DNA of 19,628 nucleotides from Thermoanaerobaculia bacterium (GCA_044226625.1 JBGAGQ010000089.1:1-19628); one strand, 5' to 3'; shown: positions 1 to 7,800, counted from the first letter of the stretch. Numbers and translations: made by a program. The notes: generated from the sequence alone by a model not told the origin.

Positions 1-1
1 G

Positions 2-78
2 TGGTGCAGCCAGGAGGAGTCGAACCCCCAACCTACAGATCCGTAGTCTGTCGCTCTATCCAGTTGAGCTATGGCTGC
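2..78 (-). tRNA. tRNA-Arg (anticodon ACG), CCA encoded
   Basis: Reverse complement reads GCAGCCA-TAGCTCAACTGGATAGAGC-G-ACAGA-CTACGGA-TCTGT-AGGTT-GGGGG-TTCGACT-CCTCC-TGGCTGC-A-CCA. It has a 7-bp acceptor stem, D arm, anticodon loop CT-ACG-GA, TTCGA T-loop and 3' CCA. Confidence 0.97.
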
Positions 79-105
79 ACGGGCAAGGCCAACGGCAGGC
101 GCGGA

Positions 106-135
106 AGAATAGACGAAAACCTCCGCGATCGGCAA
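106..135 (-). promoter_or_regulatory. Putative sigma70 promoter of the tRNA-Arg gene
   Basis: Minus strand TTGCCG (135-130), 18-nt spacer, TATTCT (111-106), 27 nt upstream of the mature tRNA 5' end. Confidence 0.5.
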
Positions 136-157
136 GTACCAGCCGATTCGAGCCCAG

Positions 158-192
158 GATAACCCAGGAGGGTCCGAGAAAACGATAGTTTT
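158..192. repeat. Left arm of a 35-bp inverted repeat
   Basis: GATAACCCAGGAGGGTCCGAGAAAACGATAGTTTT matches the reverse complement of 708-742 (GATAAACCAGGAAGGTCCGAGAAAGCGATAGTTTT) at 32/35 positions. Confidence 0.9.
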
Positions 193-354
193 CCGGAGGT
201 CTCGAGAATTTGTCCGGGCCGCGACGTGCCTCCTGCGGCACCGCCGGCTCTCGGGGTGAGCCCCGGGGCTCGAACGGGGTCTTGGAGAGCCGATCCGGGC
301 GAAACTCCGCTCGATTCGGGGAGGTTCCGGCCGGTGCGGCCGGCCGGTCGGACG

Positions 355-610
355 GAATCGATGGCCGAATCCGGTCCATTCGAGGATCGAATCCACTGGA
401 TGCGGCGGCCGAATCCGGCCAGGCGACGGCCGACTTCAGCGATTCCACGGCGGAATGCAGAGGATGCGACGGCGGAATCTTGCGGATTCGCCGGTGAATC
501 CAGTCGATTCGATGGCGGAATGCGGTGGGTGCGACGGCCGAACCCAGTCGATGCGACGGCCGAATCGAAGGCTGGAACCGGAGAATCAGCGTCTACGGCG
601 GCCGAATCGA
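355..610. repeat. Degenerate tandem array, ~12 units of 21-22 bp, consensus ~GATKCGACGGCSGAATCC
   Basis: GAAT/GAAC/GACT core starts at 367, 389, 411, 432, 453, 475, 496, 518, 540, 562, 583 and 604 (spacings 21 or 22). Weaker in-phase units may start at ~292, 313 and 333. Confidence 0.85.
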
Positions 611-707
611 CCCAAAACTTCGCTGTAACGCCGGATCGGGCCAGTCCATCGGGCACGGTCCGTCCGATGGGCCGAGAGTCCTCCCCGCGAAGGTAGATCT
701 CTCTCCA

Positions 708-742
708 AAAACTATCGCTTTCTCGGACCTTCCTGGTTTATC
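708..742. repeat. Right arm of the 35-bp inverted repeat
   Basis: AAAACTATCGCTTTCTCGGACCTTCCTGGTTTATC is the inverted copy of 158-192 with 3 mismatches. Confidence 0.9.
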
Positions 743-923
743 GTCGGGAAGACCGGGGTGAAGTGACGCTCGTCGAACCCGGGGCCTGGACGATTCTGGG
801 AAGCGTGGTCGGCCTGAACGCCTCCCGAGAAGGGGCGTCGAAGACCGGGCGCCTCGGCGCTATCCGATAGAGTCGCCGGGTGAGCCCTCGTCGTAGCGCC
901 CCGTTCTCCGCTTCCTCGGTCCG

Positions 924-2336
924 ATGACGCCGCTGCGCGAACGGAGGGGGTCGGCGTTAGCGCGGGTCCTGGGCGATGCCTTGATCGCGGCGACCGCCTT
1001 GGGAATCGCGTTCTGGCTGCGGATCCACCTTCCGCTTCCCTTTACGCAGGGGCTGCTGCCGCCCGACCGGATCTCGTTCCTCTCCCGGGAGGGGCTGGCG
1101 GCGGTCGTGGCACAGCTGCTCGCGCTCTATTTCTTCGGCTTCTACGACGCGGATCGCCCGCTCACGGTGGCCGAGCTCTCGCGGCGGCTGCTGCCGGCGA
1201 TGCTCGGGCAGGCCGCTTTGCTCGCGGGGTATCTGTTCTTCACCAACCGAACGTTCCCGCGCTCGGTCCTGCTGCTGTACGCCTTGCTCGACCTGATGCT
1301 CCTGGTTTTCTGGCGGCGCTGGGCGAACCGGCGCGGCCCGCGGCGGCACCGGCGCATCGCCCTGGTGGGAGAAGGGGCCGACGCCAGGGAGATCGCCGCC
1401 GTGCTTGCCGCTCAGGGGTGGCACGGGCTGGAGGTTGCGGGCTACGTGACCCTCCAACCCGCGTCGGCCAAAGGAGAAGGAGAAGAGCCCGAGACGCAGA
1501 CCTCGGGCCTCGGGCCCCGTTTAGGGACGATCGAGGACCTTCCGGCCCTGCTGGCCGCGGGGGCGATCGACGACGTGGTGCTCGCCGCCGGGGAGGACGC
1601 CTGGCAGACGCGGCTGCTCGACCGGATCGCCGGCAGCCGGCCGGACCATACGAACGTCCTCCTCCTGCCAGGGCCGTTCGAGAGCTTGATCGGGCGGATG
1701 CGCTATCGCTGGGTGCATGACCTGCCGTTGATCGAGGTGGTGCGCGAGTCGGAGTGGCGGATCAACCGGCCGGCCAAGCGATTGTTCGACCTCGCCGCGG
1801 TTGCCGCTCTGGGGCTCGTTCTCCTGCCGGTCCTGGCGCTCGCGGCACTCGCCGTCCGCCTCACCTCCCCCGGCCCGATCCTCTATCGGCAGGTGCGGGT
1901 GGGGCGAGACCGCCGGCCGTTCACGGTGTACAAGCTCCGCTCGATGCGGACCGACGCCGAAGCGGAGAGCGGCGAGGTGCTCGCCGAGGTGGGCGACGTG
2001 CGCCTGACGCCGATCGGTGCGTTCCTGCGCCGCTTCCGGATCGACGAGATCCCCCAGCTGATCAACGTGCTCGGCGGGAGCATGAGCTTGATCGGACCCC
2101 GCCCGGAGCGTCCCGGTTTCGTCGAGCGCTACCTCGCCGAGGTGCCGGGCTACGCCGAGCGCTTTTCGGTCGCCCCGGGCCTCACCGGCCTCGCCCAGGT
2201 GAACGGCGACTATCACTCGAGCCCGCAGAACAAGCTGCGCTACGAGCTCGCTTACATCGCGAACTGGTCGCTCGGGCTCGATTTGTCGATTCTGGTGCGG
2301 ACGGTGAAGATCGTGCTGACGTCGCGCGGGGTTTAG
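924..2336 (+). CDS. Polyprenyl-phosphate glycosylphosphotransferase (priming sugar transferase, WcaJ/WbaP-like, Bac_transf domain)
   Basis: 470 aa with N-terminal TM helices and a Rossmann-like segment (IALVGEG). C-terminal catalytic motifs: KRLFD, SPGPILYRQVRVG, YKLRSM, RIDEIPQLINVLGGSMSLIGPRP, PGLTGLAQV, WSLGLDLSIL. Confidence 0.92.
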   Translation: MTPLRERRGSALARVLGDALIAATALGIAFWLRIHLPLPFTQGLLPPDRISFLSREGLAAVVAQLLALYFFGFYDADRPLTVAELSRRLLPAMLGQAALLAGYLFFTNRTFPRSVLLLYALLDLMLLVFWRRWANRRGPRRHRRIALVGEGADAREIAAVLAAQGWHGLEVAGYVTLQPASAKGEGEEPETQTSGLGPRLGTIEDLPALLAAGAIDDVVLAAGEDAWQTRLLDRIAGSRPDHTNVLLLPGPFESLIGRMRYRWVHDLPLIEVVRESEWRINRPAKRLFDLAAVAALGLVLLPVLALAALAVRLTSPGPILYRQVRVGRDRRPFTVYKLRSMRTDAEAESGEVLAEVGDVRLTPIGAFLRRFRIDEIPQLINVLGGSMSLIGPRPERPGFVERYLAEVPGYAERFSVAPGLTGLAQVNGDYHSSPQNKLRYELAYIANWSLGLDLSILVRTVKIVLTSRGV

Positions 2337-2384
2337 TCAGGAGAGGCCCGAGATGACGATCAAACGCCAGGTCGCAGTGCACCA

Positions 2385-2530
2385 CCCCCACCTCGGTCCT
2401 CCCCCGCAAGCGGGGGAGGAAGCGTAAAGCCAAGGACATTGCCGGGCACCACAAAGGGGAGGAGGGCGTACATCCAAGGGCTTCGCCGAAAAGTCCCTCC
2501 CCCCGCCTGCGGGGGGAGGCTAGGAGGGGG
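2385..2530. repeat. Inverted pair of REP-like palindromic elements between convergent genes
   Basis: Hairpin TCCTCCCCCGC-AA-GCGGGGGAGGA (2397-2420) is preceded by CCCCCACCTCGG. Hairpin CCTCCCCCCGC-CT-GCGGGGGGAGG (2496-2519) is followed by CTAGGAGGGGG. The two units are approximate inverted copies. Confidence 0.75.
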
Positions 2531-2568
2531 GCGGAGGGCCGGAATTCCCCCACTTGCGGGCGGGTTCG

Positions 2569-3732
2569 CTAGGCCAACGCACCCGTGATCCAGGTCCCAC
2601 CAAGCACCCGGGAGCCGCGGTAGAACACCGCCGCCTGGCCGGGCGCCACGCCGCGCTGGGGGGTCTCGAACTCGACCTCCGCGCGGCCGTCGGGGAGCGA
2701 GCGGATGCGCGCGGCGACGCCGGGATGGCGGGAGCGGATCTTCACCGTCGCCTCGACCTCTCCGTTGCCGTCCGTAGGCGGCGGTCCGATCCAGTGGAGG
2801 CGCTCGCCGCGCAGGCCGCGGGCGAGGAGCTCGTCGTCGGACCCTACGACCACGCGGTTCGCCTCGGGCTCGATGCGCAGCACGTAGAGCCGATGCCCTC
2901 CGGCGATGCCGAGGCCGCGCCGCTGGCCCACGGTGTAGCGGTAGTAGGGCTCGCCACGGCCTAGCTCGCGCCCTTCCGTATCGACCAGGATCGCCGGAAC
3001 GCCTAGATCGGGTGGCGCCTCCCGATCCGAGAGGATCCTGAAGCGCGAGGGGGCGGCGGTGACCTCTCCCTCGACGAACTCGCGCACGCCGCCCGAGACG
3101 AAGCAGACCTCCATGCTCTCGCCCTTCTCGGCGACCGCGAGACCCGCCTCGCGCGCGAGCTCTCGGACCTCCGTCTTCTTGAGCTCCCCGAGCGGGAAAT
3201 GCGAGGCAGCGAGCTGCTCGGCCGACAGCTCGAACAGGTAGTAGCTCTGGTCCTTCTCCGGATTCGTCGCGGTATGCAGCTCCGGCCCCTCGGGACCGGC
3301 GATGATCCGCGCGTAGTGCCCGGTCGCGAGGCGCTCGGCGCCGAAGGCGCGCGCTTTCTGCCAGAGCAGGTCGAACTTGATCCAGGTGTTGCACGCGACG
3401 CAGGGGCTCGGCGTCCGGCCGGAGAGGTAGTCGCCGACGAACGGATCGACCACCTTCTCGCGGAACTCCTGGTCCATCCGAAGGGTGTAGTGCGGAATCC
3501 CCGCCTGCTGGGCCACGCGCTTGGCGTCGGAGAGGTCGAGCGCGCCGCAGCAGCGGCCGTTCGAGACCTCTTCCGAGCGGTCCCAGAGGAGCATCGACAG
3601 GCCGACCACCGGCTGCCCCTCGCGGGCGAGCATCCAGGCCACGACCGAGGAGTCGAGCCCGCCGCTCATCGCGACCGCCGTGAGGCCGGCGCCCGTTGCG
3701 GCCATGTCGCGCGGATCGCCCAGGGCGCTCAT
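2569..3732 (-). CDS. mnmA: tRNA-specific 2-thiouridylase MnmA
   Basis: Motifs VAMSGGLDSS (PP-loop), GRTPSPCVACN, ATGHYA, KDQSYYL, ESMEVCF, YTVGQRRGLG and VAPGQAAVFY. Start reassigned to the ATG at 3732, which overlaps the upstream stop (ATGA), giving 387 aa. The 599-aa track ORF is over-extended. Confidence 0.95.
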   Translation of the reverse strand: MSALGDPRDMAATGAGLTAVAMSGGLDSSVVAWMLAREGQPVVGLSMLLWDRSEEVSNGRCCGALDLSDAKRVAQQAGIPHYTLRMDQEFREKVVDPFVGDYLSGRTPSPCVACNTWIKFDLLWQKARAFGAERLATGHYARIIAGPEGPELHTATNPEKDQSYYLFELSAEQLAASHFPLGELKKTEVRELAREAGLAVAEKGESMEVCFVSGGVREFVEGEVTAAPSRFRILSDREAPPDLGVPAILVDTEGRELGRGEPYYRYTVGQRRGLGIAGGHRLYVLRIEPEANRVVVGSDDELLARGLRGERLHWIGPPPTDGNGEVEATVKIRSRHPGVAARIRSLPDGRAEVEFETPQRGVAPGQAAVFYRGSRVLGGTWITGALA

Positions 3733-4895
3733 CGCGCCCCTCCGACCGGAGCAAGCTGGCGGAGCGCCGCCACCTCGCGCGCCAAAGCGGTGAGGAAGGC
3801 GTCGACCTCCGCGATCGTGTTGGTCATGCCGACGCTCACCCGGAGCGACGAGAGCGCCTCCTCCGGGGAGAAACCGGCGGCGAGCATCCCCTTGCTCGGC
3901 TCGACCGCGCCGGACGAGCAGGCCGAACCGGTCGACACAGCGAACCCGGCGAGGTCGAGGCGAATCAGGAGCCCCTCTCCCTCGACCCCGGAGAACGCGA
4001 TATGGGTCGTGTTCGGCAAACGCGCCCGGTCGGCCGCATGGACGCGAGCGTCCGGAATGTCCGCGACGCCCCGCTCGATCCGGTCGCGCAGCGTGGAGAG
4101 GTGCCGAGCGCGCTCGGACAGCTCGGCGGCGGCGAGCTCCGCGGCCTTGCCGAGACCGACGATTGCCGGGACGTTCTCCGTCCCGGCACGGCGGCGACGC
4201 TCCTGGCTTCCGCCGACGAGGAAGCTGTCGAGCTCGAACCCCTTCCGGAGCCATAGCGCCGCGGCTCCCAGCGGGCCATGGAACTTGTGCCCGCCGAGGA
4301 CCAGCGCGTCCACCTCGAGGTCGGGAGCGGAGACCGGGATCTTCCCCACCGCCTGGACGGCGTCGCACAGCATGGGAACACCGAGCGAGCGGGCGGCGCG
4401 GGCGACTTCGGCGACCGGCTGGATCGTTCCCAGCTCGTTGTTGGCGAGCATCAGCGCGGCGAGACGTGCAGACGGTCGGTCGGCGACGGGCGAGATCGCC
4501 GCGATCATCTCGTCCGGGTCGACCGTGCCGCCGCGCGGAGCGATCCGCTCGATCTCGAAGCCGGCGCGTCCGAGCCGGTTGGCCGACTCACGCACGGACG
4601 GGTGCTCGAAACCCGAGGTGACGACGCGCCCGCGCGGCCCGGAAAACGCCAGGTGGAAAAGGACCGCGTTGTTCGCCTCGGTGCCCGAGGCGCAGAGGAC
4701 GATCTCGACCGGCCGGACGCCGAGGAGCGCCGCGACCTTCTCCCGCGCCTCCTCGACCGCGTTGCGCGCGGCCTGGCCGAAAGAATGCAAGGAGGAGGGG
4801 TTGCCATGCCGCTCGCCAAGCCACGGCGACATCGCCTCTCGGACCCTTGGGTCGAGCGGCGTCGTCGCGTTGTGGTCCAGGTAGACAGCCGCCAT
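3729..4895 (-). CDS. iscS: Cysteine desulfurase, IscS/NifS (group I) family
   Basis: Motifs VYLDHNATTP, GNPSSLH, SGTEANN, EHPSV, ANNELGTIQP, DAVQ, GGHKFHGP (PLP lysine), RAGTEN and STGSACSSG (catalytic Cys). Confidence 0.93.
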   Translation of the reverse strand: MAAVYLDHNATTPLDPRVREAMSPWLGERHGNPSSLHSFGQAARNAVEEAREKVAALLGVRPVEIVLCASGTEANNAVLFHLAFSGPRGRVVTSGFEHPSVRESANRLGRAGFEIERIAPRGGTVDPDEMIAAISPVADRPSARLAALMLANNELGTIQPVAEVARAARSLGVPMLCDAVQAVGKIPVSAPDLEVDALVLGGHKFHGPLGAAALWLRKGFELDSFLVGGSQERRRRAGTENVPAIVGLGKAAELAAAELSERARHLSTLRDRIERGVADIPDARVHAADRARLPNTTHIAFSGVEGEGLLIRLDLAGFAVSTGSACSSGAVEPSKGMLAAGFSPEEALSSLRVSVGMTNTIAEVDAFLTALAREVAALRQLAPVGGAR

Positions 4896-4904
4896 GGCTT
4901 CGGT

Positions 4905-4910
4905 ATTGTA
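4905..4910 (-). promoter_or_regulatory. Putative -10 element (TACAAT) 9 nt upstream of the desulfurase ATG
   Basis: Minus strand reads GGG-TACAAT-ACCGAAGCC-ATG. No SD and no recognisable -35. Confidence 0.45.
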
Positions 4911-5030
4911 CCCGGTGCGTCCACCGGGGCGGGCGGGCTCGCCCCCCGGGGAGGACGACGTTCGAGACTTATCGGTCGGTGATTCTCCGCCATCGCCCGG
5001 CGCCGACCGTCGACACGAAAGCGGGTGTTC

Positions 5031-7688
5031 ATGCGCCGTACCACGCGGATCGCCGCCTTGGCCCTCGCGCTCCCGATCGTCTCCGGCCTTTCGGCCCTCG
5101 GAGACGAGCCGAAGACGCCGGCTTCTCCCCAGGCGGCGCCGGCAGCCCCTTCGGCAGCTCCTGACTCCAACCCTCCCGCCGCCGCACCCGCCCCCCAGGC
5201 GGCTCCCGCGGCGGGGACGGACGCCAAGGCCACGCCGGCCCCAAAGAAGAAGAAGCTCGACCGGTCGACGCAGAAGAAGCTTCTGGCGGCGCTCTCCGAG
5301 GAATACCGCGACTGGTTCGACGAGGTGACCATCCTCCTGTCGGACGAGGAGAAAGCGGCGTTCCTTACCCTGGAGAAGGACTACCAGCGCGACGCGTTCA
5401 TCAAGCGCTTCTGGGAAGTTCGCGACCCGTACCCCGAGACGGCGAAGAACGAGTTCAAGGACCGCTGGCGCGCGACGGTCGAGCAGGCGCGCGCGAGCTT
5501 CGGCAGCCTCGTCGACGACCGCTCGCGGTTGATGCTCCTGAACGGTCCCCCCGACGGCCGGATCACCTCGCGCTGCTCGACCGTCCTCTGGCCGCTCGAG
5601 GTCTGGTACTACGGCAAGGGGAACCGCCTGCGCGAGGAGTTCGTCCTGGTGTTCTATCAGCGCTGGGGCGCCGGGCAGTATCGCCTGTGGTCGCCCGGCG
5701 AGGGCTTCGACGTGCTGTTCGTCGATGGCTCGAACAACGCGTCGCTCGACCGGGTGGTAAACGAATGCCGGGACGGCGACCAGCTCGCCGGCGGCATCGG
5801 GTGGGTCGCCCGCCAGGGGCTCGGTTACATGACGCTCCAGCTCCAGCTCGAGACGCCGCCGAAGGGGCCGAGCGGCGAGTGGGTCGCGACCTTCAACTCC
5901 TATTCGACCGACGTGGCGCCGGACGCGCCGAGCTTCCCCGCGAAGCTCGACCTCGCCTTCCCGGGCCGGCGGCAGAACCGGACGGTGGTTCAGGGGGTGT
6001 TTTCAGTCAACCCGTCCGACATCGGCCAGGCGAAGCTCGGCGAGCATCGCTCGTACAACCTGCAGATGGTCGGCGAGGTGCTCGAGGGGCGCGAGCTGTT
6101 CGACAGCTTCCGCTACAAGTTCGACTTCCCCGGCGACCAGGCGGCGCAGGCGTCGCTGCCCTTGGTCTTCCAGCGATATCTGCGCCCCGGCCGCTACAAG
6201 ATGGTGATCAAGATCGAGGACATCAACGGCCAGAAGTTCCACCGCGCCGAGCGCGAGCTGATCGTGCCGCAGGTAGAACGGGAGGCGCCTCCTCCGCCGC
6301 CGGAAGACGCCGCCACCGCCGCCCTGTTCGCCGAGGCGAATGCGGCGATCCGCCGGGCGGAGAACACGCTCCAGATCATCCCGCCCACGGGCGAGCTCCA
6401 GACCGGCATGCTCCGGTTCGACACGTTGACGACGGGACCGGACATCGAGAAGGTCACGTTCGGCCTGGACGGTAAGCCGCTGCTGACGAAGACCAAGCCG
6501 CCCTACAGCGTGGAGCTCGACCTCGGCACCCTGCCGCGCTCGCGCCAACTTTCCGCCACAGCCTACGACGCGGCGGGCAAGGAGCTCGCGAGCGACTCGG
6601 TGGCGCTCAACTCGGCGGGGCAGCGCTTCCGGGTCCACCTGACCGAGCCGGTGCGCGGAAAGCGCTACGCGAAGAGCCTGACCGCCTCGGCCGACGTCCA
6701 GGTGCCCGACGGGGAAGCGGTCGAGCGCGTGGAGATGTACTTGAACGAAGAGCGGGTGGCGACGCTCTACCAGGCGCCGTTCACTCAGCCGATCGCGCTG
6801 CCCAAGGACATGGACCTCGGATACGTGCGGGCGGTCGCCTATCTGACCGACGGCAATTCGACCGAGGACGTTGCGTTCGTCAATGCGCCCGACGATTTCC
6901 AGCAGCTCAAGGTGCAGTACGTGGAGCTCTACACGAGCGTCTTCGACCGCGCCGGGCGGCCGGTCGAGGGGCTCGACCGAAAGGACTTCGCCGTCACGGA
7001 AGACGGCGTGCCGCAGGAGATCAACCGGTTCGAGAAGGTTACCGACCTGCCGATCCACGCCGCGATCCTGCTCGACACCTCGGCCTCGATGGAGCCGAAC
7101 CTGCCGGCGGCGCGGGCGGCGGCACTCGAGTTCCTGGAAAAACGGGTGCAGCCCAAAGACCGCGCCGCGGTGATCACCTTCAACGATCGGCCGAACCTGA
7201 CGGCGAAGTTCACCAAGGATCTCGGGAATCTCGCCGGCGGGCTCGCGGGGGTCAAAGCGGAGCGCGGCACGGCCCTCTACGACAGCCTGGTCTTCTCGCT
7301 CTACTACTTCAACGGCATCAAAGGGCAGCGGGCGATCCTCCTCCTTTCCGACGGCAAGGACGAGAACAGCAAATTCAGCTACGAGGACGCGTTGGACTAC
7401 GTCCGCCGCGCCGGGGTGACGATCTACTCGATCGGGCTCGGCAAGGATCTGGACAAGCGCAAGCTGACCAAGCTCGCCGAGGAGACCGGCGGCCGATCGT
7501 TCTTCGTCCAAAAGCCGGAGGAGCTGTCGCGCATCTATAACGAGATCGAAGAGGAGCTGCGCTCGCAGTACCTGATCGCCTATCAGTCGACCAACAGCTC
7601 GGACGACACCGACTTCCGAACCATCGAATGCAAGGTCGTCGGCCGCCCCGGCCTCGAGGCGAAGACGCTGCGCGGCTACTACCCGTAG
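5031..7688 (+). CDS. Secreted GWxTD-domain / Ig-like / von Willebrand A (VWA) domain protein
   Basis: Signal peptide (MRRTTRIAALALALPIVSGLSALG) and an Ala/Pro linker. GWxTD-like region EEYRDW..SDEEKAAFL..RDAFIKRFW..RDPYPET..NEF..DRSRLMLLNGPPD..EVWYY. Beta-rich Ig-like repeats (VERVEMYLN..APF). C-terminal VWA with LLDTSASM, GTALYD, LLLSDGKD, LAEETGG and ELRSQYLIAY. Start is ATG 5031 or GTG 5025. Confidence 0.82.
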   Translation: MRRTTRIAALALALPIVSGLSALGDEPKTPASPQAAPAAPSAAPDSNPPAAAPAPQAAPAAGTDAKATPAPKKKKLDRSTQKKLLAALSEEYRDWFDEVTILLSDEEKAAFLTLEKDYQRDAFIKRFWEVRDPYPETAKNEFKDRWRATVEQARASFGSLVDDRSRLMLLNGPPDGRITSRCSTVLWPLEVWYYGKGNRLREEFVLVFYQRWGAGQYRLWSPGEGFDVLFVDGSNNASLDRVVNECRDGDQLAGGIGWVARQGLGYMTLQLQLETPPKGPSGEWVATFNSYSTDVAPDAPSFPAKLDLAFPGRRQNRTVVQGVFSVNPSDIGQAKLGEHRSYNLQMVGEVLEGRELFDSFRYKFDFPGDQAAQASLPLVFQRYLRPGRYKMVIKIEDINGQKFHRAERELIVPQVEREAPPPPPEDAATAALFAEANAAIRRAENTLQIIPPTGELQTGMLRFDTLTTGPDIEKVTFGLDGKPLLTKTKPPYSVELDLGTLPRSRQLSATAYDAAGKELASDSVALNSAGQRFRVHLTEPVRGKRYAKSLTASADVQVPDGEAVERVEMYLNEERVATLYQAPFTQPIALPKDMDLGYVRAVAYLTDGNSTEDVAFVNAPDDFQQLKVQYVELYTSVFDRAGRPVEGLDRKDFAVTEDGVPQEINRFEKVTDLPIHAAILLDTSASMEPNLPAARAAALEFLEKRVQPKDRAAVITFNDRPNLTAKFTKDLGNLAGGLAGVKAERGTALYDSLVFSLYYFNGIKGQRAILLLSDGKDENSKFSYEDALDYVRRAGVTIYSIGLGKDLDKRKLTKLAEETGGRSFFVQKPEELSRIYNEIEEELRSQYLIAYQSTNSSDDTDFRTIECKVVGRPGLEAKTLRGYYP

Positions 7689-7800
7689 GCGGACCCGGGC
7701 CGATCCCCGGCCCACGGCGCACGGGCGCGAAACCTCGCGCCCGGCGCCCCGTAGTCCTCTCCAGCCACCGTTCCGCTCCAGGCCGTGGAGGACGCTTCCG

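Noticed and set aside
1-78. tRNA 3' end as an integration (att) site
   Set aside because: The 3' end points out of the window, and no integrase or duplicated tRNA fragment is visible here, so it cannot be assessed.
355-610. Possible CRISPR array
   Set aside because: Units are degenerate, the period is only 21-22 bp with no spacer-length unique sequence, and no cas genes are present.
56-761. Several overlapping short ORFs (130, 195, 95, 156 and 78 aa) with recurring DATAES/DSAVAS words
   Set aside because: They are translations of the 21/22-bp DNA repeat in shifting frames. Two overlap the tRNA, and none has a recognisable domain.
885-905. ops/JUMPstart-like element upstream of the sugar transferase
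   Set aside because: GTCGTAGCG matches GGCGGTAG too poorly.
2360-4884. Long alternative-frame and antisense ORFs over mnmA and the desulfurase (464 and 561 aa; 599-aa extension)
   Set aside because: Arg/Gly/Pro-rich shadow ORFs typical of high-GC DNA, overlapping well-supported genes.
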